From Camelus dromedarius (Eukaryota): a DNA stretch of 64,000 nt. Location: the NCBI RefSeq assembly GCF_036321535.1, contig NC_087472.1, positions 95,730,001-95,794,000 on the forward strand, given 5' to 3'. Made by a program: the position numbers and the translations under genes. This document shows positions 1-12,399 of this stretch, one piece after another. The notes beneath the pieces are model-generated. The model worked only from the letters and a program-made list of their open reading frames with translations, ran no database searches and was not told the DNA's origin. The number at the start of each line of letters is the position of its first letter. Within the stretch, counting starts at the first letter, position 1.

Positions 1-468
1 TGACAAGCTTTTTTCTAGGTACTATAAACATGGCTCATTCCCCAATATAAATGGAATCAAGTCAAAGGCTTATGTCTCTTCAAACTAACTGACCTAAGGA
101 TTTAGCCCAGTAACTTGGGCACAGAGGGCATTTCATAAGTATTTGACTAATTAAACCAGTTGTCTACATAATGACTCATTCCTTCAGTCTACAACAGATA
201 TACAAGCAATATCCAGAGAATTTTTATTAATGACTAGAAAAACATCATGTTTGTGTAAATAGGTGAAAGCCATCTGCATCTTCCTTACAGATAGTATGAG
301 CTGTACTTTCAGTTCTCTTTCTCATATTTAGCTGTAGGGTCAAGTAGAAATTAAACCTATTTAGACTAGTCTAATTCAGCTACAAGTATATAAATATATC
401 AGTAAAGAATCTCCACAGAAGCCCTATGATGAATCAAAACATGAAGAGCATCCTTGATTCTGAAATTA

Positions 469-470
<2 letters not shown>

Positions 471-510
<40 letters not shown>
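471..510. repeat. (AC)20 microsatellite
   Basis: Perfect dinucleotide run; explains the HTHTHT ORF at 454. Confidence 0.98.
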
Positions 511-512
<2 letters not shown>

Positions 513-729
513 GCTTAATCACCAAGGTCTGTTAATCCAGTCTCCTAAATATTTCTTGAATTCTCAACATCTCTCTCTCTCTCTCGCCACGATCCATTAC
601 TGCTGCTCTTTTAGATTACTGCAACTGTCACCTTCCTCTTCTTGCTGAGTGTTTGCCATGTTCCAGTCCATTCTCCAAAATTCAAATTCAATTATGACAG
701 ATCAGGAAAACAATGACCAAAACAATTAT

Positions 730-1136
730 AGCTTTTCCCATCAAGTAGTAGAATTGATTTCTCTTCGCCTTGAATATGAGCACCGTCAATGACTTGCTTT
801 GGCCGATGGGACATTAATAAACAGGACATGGGCAGAGGTTTCAAAAATGCTCACCCATTGGCACTTGCCTTCTCTTATTGGTGGGAACCCTTCAGCCACC
901 ATGAGAACAAGCCTGAGACAGCCTACTGGAGGATGAGACCGTGGGCGAGAGATTCCAGCCATCTCACCTGAGGTCCCAGATATAAGAAGCCTTCCTAAAC
1001 CATCCGGCCTCAGCTGAGCTGAACTAGACCAAAGAATAACCCAGCTTACCTACAGATTCATGATAAATATTAAAAGGCTGATGTCTTAAGCCACTAAGTT
1101 TTGAGGCAGTCTGTTAGACAGCCAAAGTTAATTGAT
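730..1136 (+). mobile_element. MaLR solo LTR (MLT1 family), degraded
   Basis: MLT1-type motifs: tgacttgctttggcc, agccaccatgagaacaagcc, and a 3' end ttaagccactaagttttg...gttagacagc. Confidence 0.75.
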
Positions 1137-3324
1137 CCTTTTGCCCCCTTGCTTAAAATCCGAGAAAAGATTCCCTCAAGAACAAGCCCAAACACCTTAA
1201 CTTACTAAAATGTGGCCCTTCACAACTGAGTACCAGCTAAACTCTATAGTCTCATCTCTCACCACACCTTCTCCTCCCCTCCCAGCTTTTGCCATGTAAT
1301 TAACATTTTTAAACCCTTAAAACCCTACCTAATAATAAATCAGTTTCATTTATGTCCCTGGCTAAGCCCCCATTATTCTCAGAGTTCTTCCTGGTCCTGG
1401 TAAATAGCCATTTCTTGTTGATTTTAATTTATTAAACACACACCACTCAATTTTCAGTGCCCTGTAGGAGGTTCTTTCACTGTGTAATAAAAAGTTGCTG
1501 CTGTTTATTCATATTTTAATGATACTGTGAATACAATGGTGCATATTCTGACTCCTATTCTTAGAGAAAGATCTCTGTTGGATTCTCACTGCCATTCATT
1601 TTTCTATTTATTGTCGGACTTCGTTATTATGATAATTCCAGATACATCAAAATAATATCATCATGGGCCAGTTGCTTTGTTCAAAAACGAGCCACCTTGT
1701 CAATTTGTTTCCTCTTATTTTCAGTAACAGAGCTTACAGCCGGATTAATGTTTTAATTAAGCGCCACATGTATTTGTAGCTCCCTATAGAAAGACAGTAG
1801 TCCTCAAAATACTGAACTTATCACTCTTCTCCAGCTGCTCTAAGCTAATCCACCATCCTTTGGTTAAAAGTAGGCATATTCCTTCAGGTCAACACACATA
1901 TGCTCTATATATATATATTTTTATTTTCCACACACATATATAGAAAAGGTCAACATTCACATTGATTTGATAGTTACCTGGTTAGCCTGGTAAATGTATA
2001 CAATCAGACTAGATCTTTCTTGCTCCAACATCAATACTCAGAGACAGTGACCTCAGGTTCGGTCTTGGAGCTCTGTACATCATATGGACCCAAACCATTG
2101 ACGCATTTACCTTGCAAATCCTAATTCCCATGAGACTCAGCAAAAAGGAGTAAAGAATCACCTTTAAATTCCAGGTGCATGGGCAAGTGTTCATTTACAT
2201 GGTTAAAATGGCATCCTAGAAATGTCTTCTATTTCTCTATTCCACTGCCCACACACACAAAGCCACTTTTAGCAAGATGATTACATTTTCACAGTGATAC
2301 CGCTGGCAGAATGTGACTGCAAAGGGACAAAACTAAATGTGAGCCAAGAAAGTGGTCACTTCAACAAGCTTTTTACTGTGTTTCCCTGTCATCCACCCAC
2401 TGGGATCACTACCCCAGTTCCTACATTGACCAGCTCAGGCAGCATACAAAACCCAGTGTGGTGATAAGGAGAGTGTTTTTTAAAAATAGCCCTTGTGGTT
2501 TTAGAGCTAAGTTACAATTATGCTGTGCAACACATTTATACGAACGGCCTAGCTACACTCCTTTATTAGGCTAAAATTCATTCACAGAGCTGACAAATAT
2601 TTACCAAATGCCTGCTGAATGGCAACTTTTGCATATTTTCAAAGAATTGAATGAAACTCACACAATGATTTGCATTACCCCAGTTAATGTGTCCCCTCTT
2701 CCACATAATTCACCGTAGAGTCTTCCTGTATCCCTCGTCCTCTTTCAGGCCCCACACTCAGTCACCCAGTCCTGTCAATATCACCTTCTAAGTATTACCT
2801 AACTCTGCCCCTTTCTCTCCATCTCTAATCCCACTACCTGAATTCAGGCCAGGACTCACCACAACCTCCTAGTATATCTTCATGTCTTCATCTTTTTCCC
2901 TTAGACTCAGAATGATCATCTGAAAAACAAACATGAACACGTCACTCCCGAGCTTAAAATCCCTCAAAGGATCCCCTATTCTATAAACCCCTAGATCCTA
3001 AGCATGGCCTAAATCCCCCTTTGTTGTTACCCTGCAGACTTTCCCTCCCTTCCTGGGGCTGTGACAAGTGGACCTGCAGGGCTCTGGGGAGGGGACAGCA
3101 TGGAGTAATAAGTGCACCAAATTCCCTCTCCTACAAAACCTCTCTTCTCCCTCCTTGCTCCTCTAGAAGTTGTGGACAGCCAACAAAGAATGATGCTCTT
3201 TGGGGCCTCTGTGAGCTGGAGAACCAGGCTTGGGCAAACAACAAAAGAACTCGCTAAATCGCTGGCTTCCCCTCACTCTTTGCTTCTCTTCAGCTGAAAA
3301 TCAATAATCAAGAATTGACTTATG

Positions 3325-3596
3325 CGTGGTAAACAAACTTATGGTTACTGGGGTGGGAAAGGGGATGGGAAGGCATAAATTGGGAGTTTGAGATTTGCAG
3401 ATACTAACTACTATACATATAAAATAAACAACAAGTTTCTTCTGTATAGCACAGAGAACTATATTCAATATCTTGTAGTAACCTATAATGAAAAAGAATA
3501 TGAAAACCAATATATGCATGTGCATATATGGCTGGAACATTGTGCTGTACACCAGAAGTTGACACTTTGTAACTGACTGTACTTCAATAAAAAAAA
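3325..3596 (+). mobile_element. Young 5'-truncated L1 3' end
   Basis: aaacaaacttatggttac...gtatagcacagagaactatattcaatatcttgta...aataaa plus A tail; TSD aattgact(t/c)atg at 3313-3324 and 3597-3608. Confidence 0.9.
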
Positions 3597-6112
3597 AATT
3601 GACTCATGAACCACTACACATGCTCAGAACAGTTTCTGTTTTCCACACAGTTCTAGAAACCAAACAACAAGCTCCAAAATTCAGGGCCAGGCACTAGCAC
3701 TAAGATTCTACCATAGGCTGGTGGTTGTGAGAGACCAGAGCCCTCCCTTAAGGATTAAAGACCACCCAGAGGGGCCCACAGTGACACAAGAGCTTTTGTG
3801 ATGACATTTCTTGGTTCACCACACCTGGACACCCTATACTAGGACATCATGGAAGTACTCAAGTGTTACATTTAAGTAACATTTATCTTTTATACATTAT
3901 GAGAAACTGTGCTTATTTTAAGAAATTTAGGAAATATAGTCAAAGATTTTTTAAAATTACCTACAATCTCATTACTAAGGTGCATGCACATTTTTTAAAG
4001 TTTTTGTTGAAGCATAGCATACACACAGAAAAGTTCACAAAGCAGCACCATTTATATTTTGGTCAATATCTTTATGGTCTTTTTCTTTTTCTATGTGTAG
4101 ATTTGCATATTTTCACCAGAACAAGATTATACCGCGCATACTATTCCTTCATTTTTTTCATTTTTTATTTATAAAGTGTTATGAACAATGAACATCTCTT
4201 CAAGTCATTAAATACTCTTCTATATCATTTTAATGATAGTATATTTCATTATTCATTTTAGCCAATACCCTCACCTAGATTAAGACATTTAAACTGCCTT
4301 CATTTTTCATTATTATAAACAACACTGCATTGAACATCCTATTAGACTTAATCTTGGCATACATAGTTCCATATTTCTGAGACATTCAAAGGTTATAAGA
4401 CTCCTTGAAATACAAATTTAAAATATATTAAGTCAATACATTTTCTTTCAGCATCACCTAAGGTCCAGAAACATGAAATAACTTATATGAGATCACACAT
4501 CTATTAAGACCCAATCCACATCTGCCTGACTCCCAAAACCCATGCTTTGAATCATTACTCTGGTGAGTTACTGGTAAAGACTTTGCTATAGAAAGGACAA
4601 CTCCCAAATTATGAGGACTGGATTGTCAAACAATCATTAACTTGAATTTATTGCATGTATTGAAAACAATAAACAAAATACAATCTTTAAAAAATGGCAA
4701 GGAAAATGCTTGATTTTTTTAAATATTCAGAACTTCGAGTAGCTAAAAGGTTTCAGCAATTTTCTATTGCATGCAAACTGAAGATTAAACATGTCTGTGG
4801 AGTGTCCCCATGCACTCGTCAGAATATTCTATTGTAGATTAATAGTGTACATCCTGATCTCTAGCCCTTGGTAAACATGCGTAGCTGGAATCTATTGTTA
4901 TAAGGGCTTTACATCCCCCACACATGCACCTGGCCTGAAATTGAGTTTTACAAGGCCTGACATCAACAGAAATTTCTTTGCTGTAGATTTGATTTTTATG
5001 AATTGGGATCAATGGAGTGAGCATATAGTGACCACAGTTATTAGGGAATGCTTTCATCAACTAAAGCCAACTGGAGGAGGGAGAAGGTTATCCAAATAGC
5101 TCAGTTGTATATCTCTGCTAACTGTGTCTTAATCCCAGTTTATCAAAGCACCTGTGTTATTTGTCATAGGTCTTAGTCCTTCCAACTACACCAAACAATG
5201 CCAACCTCTGTGCAGGAGGGGAGGGGAGAGGGTCAAACAATATGTGTCAATGTCTAGAGGGATTACAAGGATGTAGGCTCATTTTCACAACCATCCTGGG
5301 CTACATTTTGAATATGCCTTTCCAAAATGAAATTCTCCAAGACCATCTTCCACCTCCATTCCTTACATCTCGGGGGACTAGGCTGTATTTTCTCCTCTGC
5401 CTTCCCTAGAATGGATACTTCTTTCTTCCTTTTTTGGAAAAAAAAATTGGAGAGTGCTTTATGCCTGAGAAGCTCTTAACAAATTGTTAGTTGCACAACT
5501 TCTTTTGGTTTCCTTTCACTGACATGTCAAAATGAAAATCATCCTGGGCTCAAGGCAAAGCAACATTTGAGCATAAGATCATCTGTTCTTCCCTTCACTG
5601 GTCTCATCAGCCCACTCTCCTCCTCTCTCACTGTGATTCTATTCCTCCTCTCTCTCCTTGGCCTTATCCGGAGCTAAGGGAGATACCAAACTCCCTTATT
5701 TCACATAACCAAGAACTAAACACATGTCTGAATTTAAAACATTTCCTGAGACTAAGAAAAGATTTTTCTACTTTCCACAGTGCAACAAAGATTACATTAA
5801 AAGATAAGCCACCAAAAAGATCAACCTGGATGTCTGAGAACTTAGCCAAGGAATCAGAATCTGAAAATTTATATTGTGTCCGGAAGAATTCTGAATCCTC
5901 TGTCCTTCTCTGAGACCCGCTATCCAGAGCTCTGAGTGACAGAAGGTACGGTGCAAGCCACGATTTCAATTCTGCTTGCCTCATCCTTTGCACAGACAGC
6001 ACCGAGCTGATAGAATGCAACTGAAAACATAATTTAGATGGGAAAATACAACACGTTTTTCCCAGGAAGGAGGGCGGGGGAGGGGGGAAGGACAGGGACA
6101 TGGCTCAATCCA

Positions 6113-6130
6113 GCCAGCAGAGGGCGCAGC
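6113..6130 (+). promoter_or_regulatory. CTCF core motif
   Basis: gCCAGCAGAGGGCGCagc matches the CTCF consensus CCASYAGRKGGCRS at every position; lies in non-repeat sequence. Confidence 0.65.
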
Positions 6131-6841
6131 TTACACATTTAAGTATAAACCAGCCTGCATTGGAAGCCATAAGGGCTCCTGAGATTTTTGTTACAAATTT
6201 CGCCATTTTCGGAAACCATCTCCCCGCTCCTGTGGACAAAACTCTGGAACAGTCACTCCGTTCTCTCCGCTTGTTCAAATAAGACTATTTTCTACTATCC
6301 CCAGGTCCAGCCACTCAAACTGCCACTTTTCTGCCCCTGGCCCTGGCATGGGAAAGAGAATGAAGATAAACTCTCTCAAAAACAGCTTCCCAAAAAGGGT
6401 GACCTGTATTCCCAAGCAGCTTTCATTTGTTTAAGAGACTTGCACCTAGAATTTCTTGATCAAAGCTAATGCGCTGTAAATTTCTTCATTTAACAGACTT
6501 AGTCTGTTCAACTCTTGACACTGGGAATTGGGATTTCCCAGAACTATTAGCACTGCACAGTAGGCGCTCCACGCTGGCCAAGAACAGGGGATTAACAGGT
6601 ATTTGTCTCAGCTAATTTCACTCTCTATACTGGGTCTATAGAGACTGGGGCTTCTTGGCGAAGTGTGTGCCACCCTGCTAATTGGCTACCAATGTAACTA
6701 CTCCAGCATGCCAATGGAGCACGGGGTAGTCCACAGTCTAAAGAGGCTTGAGGCAAATAGATCCTTACGCCGGCATTCGGGAAAGTTGAGGGTTGCTGGG
6801 CAAGTACTGTAATTGTAAGTGGTCCACCTGCCAACGCTTAC

Positions 6842-6919
6842 CTCCCACCGGCTATCAAACTCACCACTGGAGACCATGTGGTGATCGTTTGTAAGAATTA
6901 TGCTCAGTGACAACTGCAT
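6842..6919 (-). other. Candidate 78-nt exon (unidentified host)
   Basis: Minus strand tttcacAG|ATGCAG...TGGGAG|GTAAGC; one open frame (MQLSLSIILTNDHHMVSSGEFDSRWE); not recognised as a known protein. Confidence 0.3.
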
Positions 6920-7224
6920 CTGTGAAATCCCGTGGTAACAAAGAATTTCCATATGGTCTACTCAGGATGCATTTGCAGCATCAAAGGCTCTAGAGGTAGC
7001 TCCCAGAAAACATACAATTCCCTGAGTCAGATAAAATCAGTATACTCATCAGGATATTCAGATTATAGAAATCATTTCTGGGAAGAAGCCTGTCAAGAAA
7101 GAGTTGTTAGTCCCTTTTCACATGCCCTAGTCTTCTACTTCCTGCTGATAAGCAGACTCTCTCAATGATAGACCCTTTTTCAGAAGTTTCTGATAAAAGA
7201 GTTGAAGAGTCAAATATTAAATAG

Positions 7225-7960
7225 TATTCTATGTATACTTTCTCCTTTGCTACATAACAAATTATCCTGAACTTAGCGGCTGAAAACAATACACATTTAA
7301 TATTTCCTAGTTTCTGTGGATCAAGAATCCAAGAGCAGCTAAGCTGTTGGTGTTGACTCAGTCTCTCAGGAGGCTACGATCAAAGTGTGGGCCAGGGCTG
7401 CAGTTCTCTCAAGGCTCAACTTCGGGAGAAGCCATGTCAAAGATGGCTCACATGGCTGTTGGCAGGCTAGAAGTCATAAAGGTAAGGCCCTGATCCAATA
7501 GGATGAGAGTCATTATAAGAAGAGACATCAGAGAGCTCTCTCGCCCCCCCTCCCCCACACACAGAGTCCTTAGGAGCACACAGTAAGATGGCAGCTGCCT
7601 ACAAGACAAGAAAGAGAGCCCTCATCAGGAACAGAATCAGTCAGCACCTTGACTTGGGACTTTGGCCCTTCAGAATTGTGACAAAATAAATTATCTGTCA
7701 TTTAAGCCACCCAGTCTGGTATTTTGTTATGGCAGCCCAAGTAGACTAACACACCCCAGAACAAGCACTCCACAATGAAAGTCACAGTCTTTTCATGACC
7801 TAATATCAGAAGTGGCAACCCATCACTGCTGCCATAGTCTATCCACTCTAAGCAAGTCAATAAGTCTAGCCCACACTCAAGGGGAAAGAATTACACAAGG
7901 GCATGGATATTAGGAAGCAGGGATCACTGGGAGCCATCTTAGAGGCTGCCAGCCACACTA
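7225..7960. mobile_element. Old antisense MLT1 LTR with a second MaLR LTR fragment (about 7475-7753, + strand) inside it
   Basis: Outer: aacttagcggctgaaaacaatac...gggatcactgggagccatcttagaggctgcc. Inner: ccctgatccaataggatgagagtcattataagaagagac...ttgttatggcagcccaagtagactaacaca. Confidence 0.7.
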
Positions 7961-9784
7961 TACAGGAACCAACTGATTGACTAAAAACATGTCTACAGCT
8001 AAACTTTTACTATTGCATGTATTACAATATAAGCTGTGCTTGTTATTCTTAGCATTTGTAAGGAGATAAAACTGGATTTCAAAAATGGTTGCATTTTGAA
8101 GTTAGCTCATACTGTGGGAGTCCACTGTTTTATAACGCCATTCAGACACGTATTCTTATTTTTCTCTCCTTTTCCACTCCTCTGAGTAAATACGTGCATA
8201 TGGATACCACTTTCGGTGCCACAATGTTTTCAGTGGGATGTGTGGTTCACCATTCCGAGCTTGTCGTCTGGGCTGTCTGCCACATCTGCCATCTAAAAGT
8301 AAACCTCTCATTACAAATCCCATCTTTCTATCAGATGGGGACACCCTTGATTGATTAATTGAACCCCTCTCAACACTGTCATAATGATAATAATAACAAT
8401 AACACAATTCCAAGTGTGTTTGCTTTACCATGATGAACTGTGATGGCTTCATTATCACTTAACCACTACATAGAACTTGGGATATACCACTGTTCATCTC
8501 ACCTTTATTTTTACATCTGTAATGATACTTGAAATAGAAACTTCTTCAAAGATGTACATTTGGGGAATAAAGTAAGTAAATGGCAGAGTGAAAATTTTCT
8601 GTCAGGTTTACTATATCTTGTATAATTTTTTTTTACCATATGAGCTTTTTGATATGGTTTCTGAATTTCCTTCATCATATGCATTGAAATGATATTAAGT
8701 CTCTTAAGGCATATTTAATAATTCTATTGTATCAAACTAATGTAAGTGTCCCATGTGTCATATAGAATGCATTTGAAAGCATTCATCAAACTTGTAATAT
8801 TTAATCTGGCATTTAAACATAATACGAACATAATGGAATACTGAAATACGAAATTATTATTTAAAATAAAAGATTGCTGTTTGGAGTAAATGAGACAATA
8901 TCTGTAAAAGCACCTGATACAGTAGAAGAGAGCTCAAAGTTATACTCCAAATAAATGTGAGGTGAGATTAAATTCTGGCCATAAAATAAAGTACAAACAA
9001 AAAGAAACTTAACAGAAACCAAAAAAAAGAGGAGGAAGCTGACCCCACATGGCTCTAGAACTAGAAATAGGAAACAGGTTATACTGACATGCAATTCTTC
9101 AGCCTCCCAATCCTATTAACATACAAATCATTAACACTATGCAAATCAGTAACACAATCAAGACTTCCGGAGTAATTTCTATTCCCACCTCTGCAGAGAG
9201 ATTTGGTCGAGTTAGTTGTACAGACAGAGCTTCCAGAAAATTTGATTAATTAGGGGAAAACATGATAGTCACAAGAGAAAACTTGTTAACCCAAGTTCAG
9301 TTAGTCAAGGTTACAAAGAGGAAAATCATACAGGCTACTTAACCTTGTGCAGTGAGAATTCTATTCCACAGCGACCAATGTACATCTGACTGCAGCCAAC
9401 CAACTCATAAAATGAGGTCGTTGGGAAAGGCAGGCATAACGAGGGATCTGAGGGCTTTTCTTTTTCTTCAGCATTCCTACTGAAAAGTAAGCCCACAGAG
9501 CAGTCCTGCTTACAGTGGAGTGAGATGTAGGTGAAACAGCCACCTTATTCTCTCCTATAAATACTGGCACCAAGAACTCCCAACTCAAAACCAGGATGAC
9601 TCAAATGGTAAAATAACATTTAGAAGAGAAAACTCCTATTTTAATTTGCTACCGCCATGCAAGATTTCTATGGGACAAATTTTATAATAGTGTAGAAAAT
9701 TAAAAATAATATTCCATTTTGGAAAAGTAAATTAAAATAAAAATGAAACATTTTTACCAAATAAACATGCAGTTTTTTCTAAAT

Positions 9785-11235
9785 TTTTTTATGTTGACAT
9801 AATCAGAGAGTAAAGAAAGGTCTATCCTGAATCCCCTGCACCCAGTTTCTCCCAACAGTCACATCTTACGTAATTATAGTGCAATATTAACACTAGGAAA
9901 CAGACATAGACAACACGTGTGTATAGTTCTATGCCATTTTATCACTTCTGTAGATATGTGCAACCACCACTGCAGTCAAGATGCAGAACTATTCCATCAT
10001 CACAAAGATTCCATCCTGCTACCTCCTTAGAGTCACACCCACTCACCCCAACACCCCTAACTTTTGATAGCCATTAATTTGTTCTCCATCAATTTAAGTG
10101 TGACATTGTGAAAATGTTATATAAATGGAATTGTACAGTATGTGACCTTTTAAGATTGGCTGTTTTCACTCGACATAATGCCCTTAAGGTCCAGGAAAGC
10201 TGTTGTAGGCAGAAAGTTGAAGTGTTTGCTCTAGGTATTACATTAAACACTCACAACTTACCACAGTTTATTGGTGTTGAAATTTTACCAGTTCAATGTA
10301 CCTTACCTTCAAGTCCCTTTCTCCTCCTGTTTGTAATATAATTATCTACATATTTCCTCTACATAACATTGAGGACCACATAAAAATGTCACACTTTTTG
10401 CTTCAACTATCAAATATAATTTAGAAAGCTCAAGAGGAGAAAGAAAAGTTTGTTGCATGTATCCGTATTTTTGTTCTTTCCTTTGTACTTTCTTCCTTCC
10501 TGATGCTTCAAGATTCTTTATTTGCTTTCTAGTTTGAGAACTTCTTTAGAGATTTTTGTTAAGGGTAGGTATGCTAAGGACAAATTCTTTTACTTTTTCT
10601 TAATTTGAGAATGTCTTTCTTTCCCTCTTATTCCTAAATGATAGTTACGCTGAATACAGAATTTGTAGTTGACAATTCTTTTCTTTCAGCACTTGAAAAA
10701 TGTTGTGCCATTTCTTTCTAGCCTCCATGATTTCTGATGCAAAACCCATCATTAAAATTATTTTTCCCCCTACAGATAATGTGTCATTTCCCTCTGGCTC
10801 TTTCAAGATATTTTCTTGGTCTTTACTTTCCTAAAGTTTGTTTATGATATACCTTAATATGGGTTTCTTTGGTTGATCTTGTTTGGGATTCTCTAAGCTT
10901 CTTGAATCTGTAGGTTATGTCTTTTGCTAAATTTGGGGAATTTTCAGCCACTGTTTCTTTGACTATTTTTTCATCCCCATCCTCTTTCTTCTCTCCTTTT
11001 GAGACTAATCACACAAATGTTACCCCTTTTGCTATAGTCCCCCAGGTCTCTGAGTCTCTGCCTAATTTTTTCAGTCTATTTTCTCTCTGTTGTTTATATT
11101 GTGTAATTTCTATGGTTCTACCTGTAAGTTCACCAATTCTTTTCTCTGTCCTGTCCATCCCGCTGAGTTTGTTGTTGTTCTTTTTTTAATATTCAATTCT
11201 AAAATTTCCATTTGATTCTTCTTTATATCTCCTAT
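9785..11235 (-). mobile_element. Old L1 (L1M-type) fragments: 3' UTR and ORF1 region
   Basis: Antisense L1 motifs: aaatggaattgtacagtatgtgacc, ttctttcagcacttgaaaaatgttgtgcc, aaatttggggaattttcagcc. Confidence 0.8.
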
Positions 11236-11674
11236 AGGATACATTTCCTCCTAATGGATTTGGTGAAAACAAAAATAACAATACCAACCACCTGGGTCTC
11301 ACACTGGAGAAGATTTGTTTCTTTTGGCAAAAGCATAGAATGGCACAATAGCAAATACAGTGTCATGGTGTTAACTGAAGATAGGCATAGCCAAGAATGA
11401 GAAAAAAAGAAGCTAATAGTCAACTGGCAAGGAGACAAATATCTCTATAACTTGGTCATGACAAAGGAATGGAATTTCTTTGTGTAAGCCTTAGTGTTTC
11501 TGCATGACTAAAAGGCTGCTACACAATTATTCACTGGTCAGTCCAAGCATCAGATGCCTCTTCAGTTGCCCAAGAGAAGAGGCTAGAGGCATGACTTCAG
11601 GCATCTGAGGAAGACTGAGTTTTCACTGACAGCACTGTAATTTCAGTTGATATTCCAAGACATGGGAATCCAGT

Positions 11675-11918
11675 ATATTTGATCCTTTAACATCTAAGGG
11701 TTAAGAATGTCAACCTTCCATACAGTTGAAAATCTGCATATAGCTTACAGTCAGCCCTCTATATACAGGGTTCCTAGTATCTATGGTTCCTCCATATCCA
11801 CAGTTCTGCATCTGTGAACTCAACCAACCGCGATGATTGTGTAGCACTAGTATTTACTATTGGAAGAAAAATCCACATACAAGTTGATCCATGCATTTCA
11901 AACCTGTTTTCAACTGTA
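11675..11918. mobile_element. Tigger-family (TcMar) non-autonomous element
   Basis: Degraded TIRs (tttgatcctttaaca... and ...tcaactgta) and an internal gaaaatctgcatatagc...caaccaaccgcg; same family as 53217-53436. Confidence 0.7.
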
Positions 11919-12399
11919 TAATGTGTCATCTGAGAAACAGGGGCCAAATGTAACCCTGTAGTTTATTTTATGCTGAGATTCTGTCCATCATTTCTTACTA
12001 ACCACATAAAATAGACTGGGGAATTTTCCTATTATTTCTAGTCTATAAAACAGTTTTTGTAAAATAGGTGTTATGTGCCTCTAAATTTTGGACCCCACTT
12101 TTTTAAAAAAAATCTAGGCCTAGTGTTTATGCTTTGTTTGCTGGGAAAGGTAGGCTACTGAGAGGGCTTTACTGGACAAATTATTGACTGCTGAGTAAAT
12201 CCCTTTAATGAATATGGATTTATTCATGTTTGGTATTTCTTTTAGAGTCAGTTTTAATAATTTACATTTTTAAATAAAACTACCCATTTTACCTAAGTTT
12301 TGAAATGTAATACCCCAAATGAATGTATATTTAATAGAGAGAGAGCTTCTAAAAGTAGAGAAGGAAAAGTCCAACTACACTAAAGAATCTGCATGATAA

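Noticed and set aside
361..374. 14-bp palindrome TTAGACTAGTCTAA
   Set aside because: About 64000/4^7 (roughly 4) such palindromes are expected by chance.
5664..6101. 145-aa minus-strand ORF
   Set aside because: No recognisable domain, low-complexity start derived from the G tract, and no convincing exon boundaries.
8156..8300. Minus-strand acceptor (cttttAG at about 8293) with an open frame
   Set aside because: No good donor and an unrecognised peptide.
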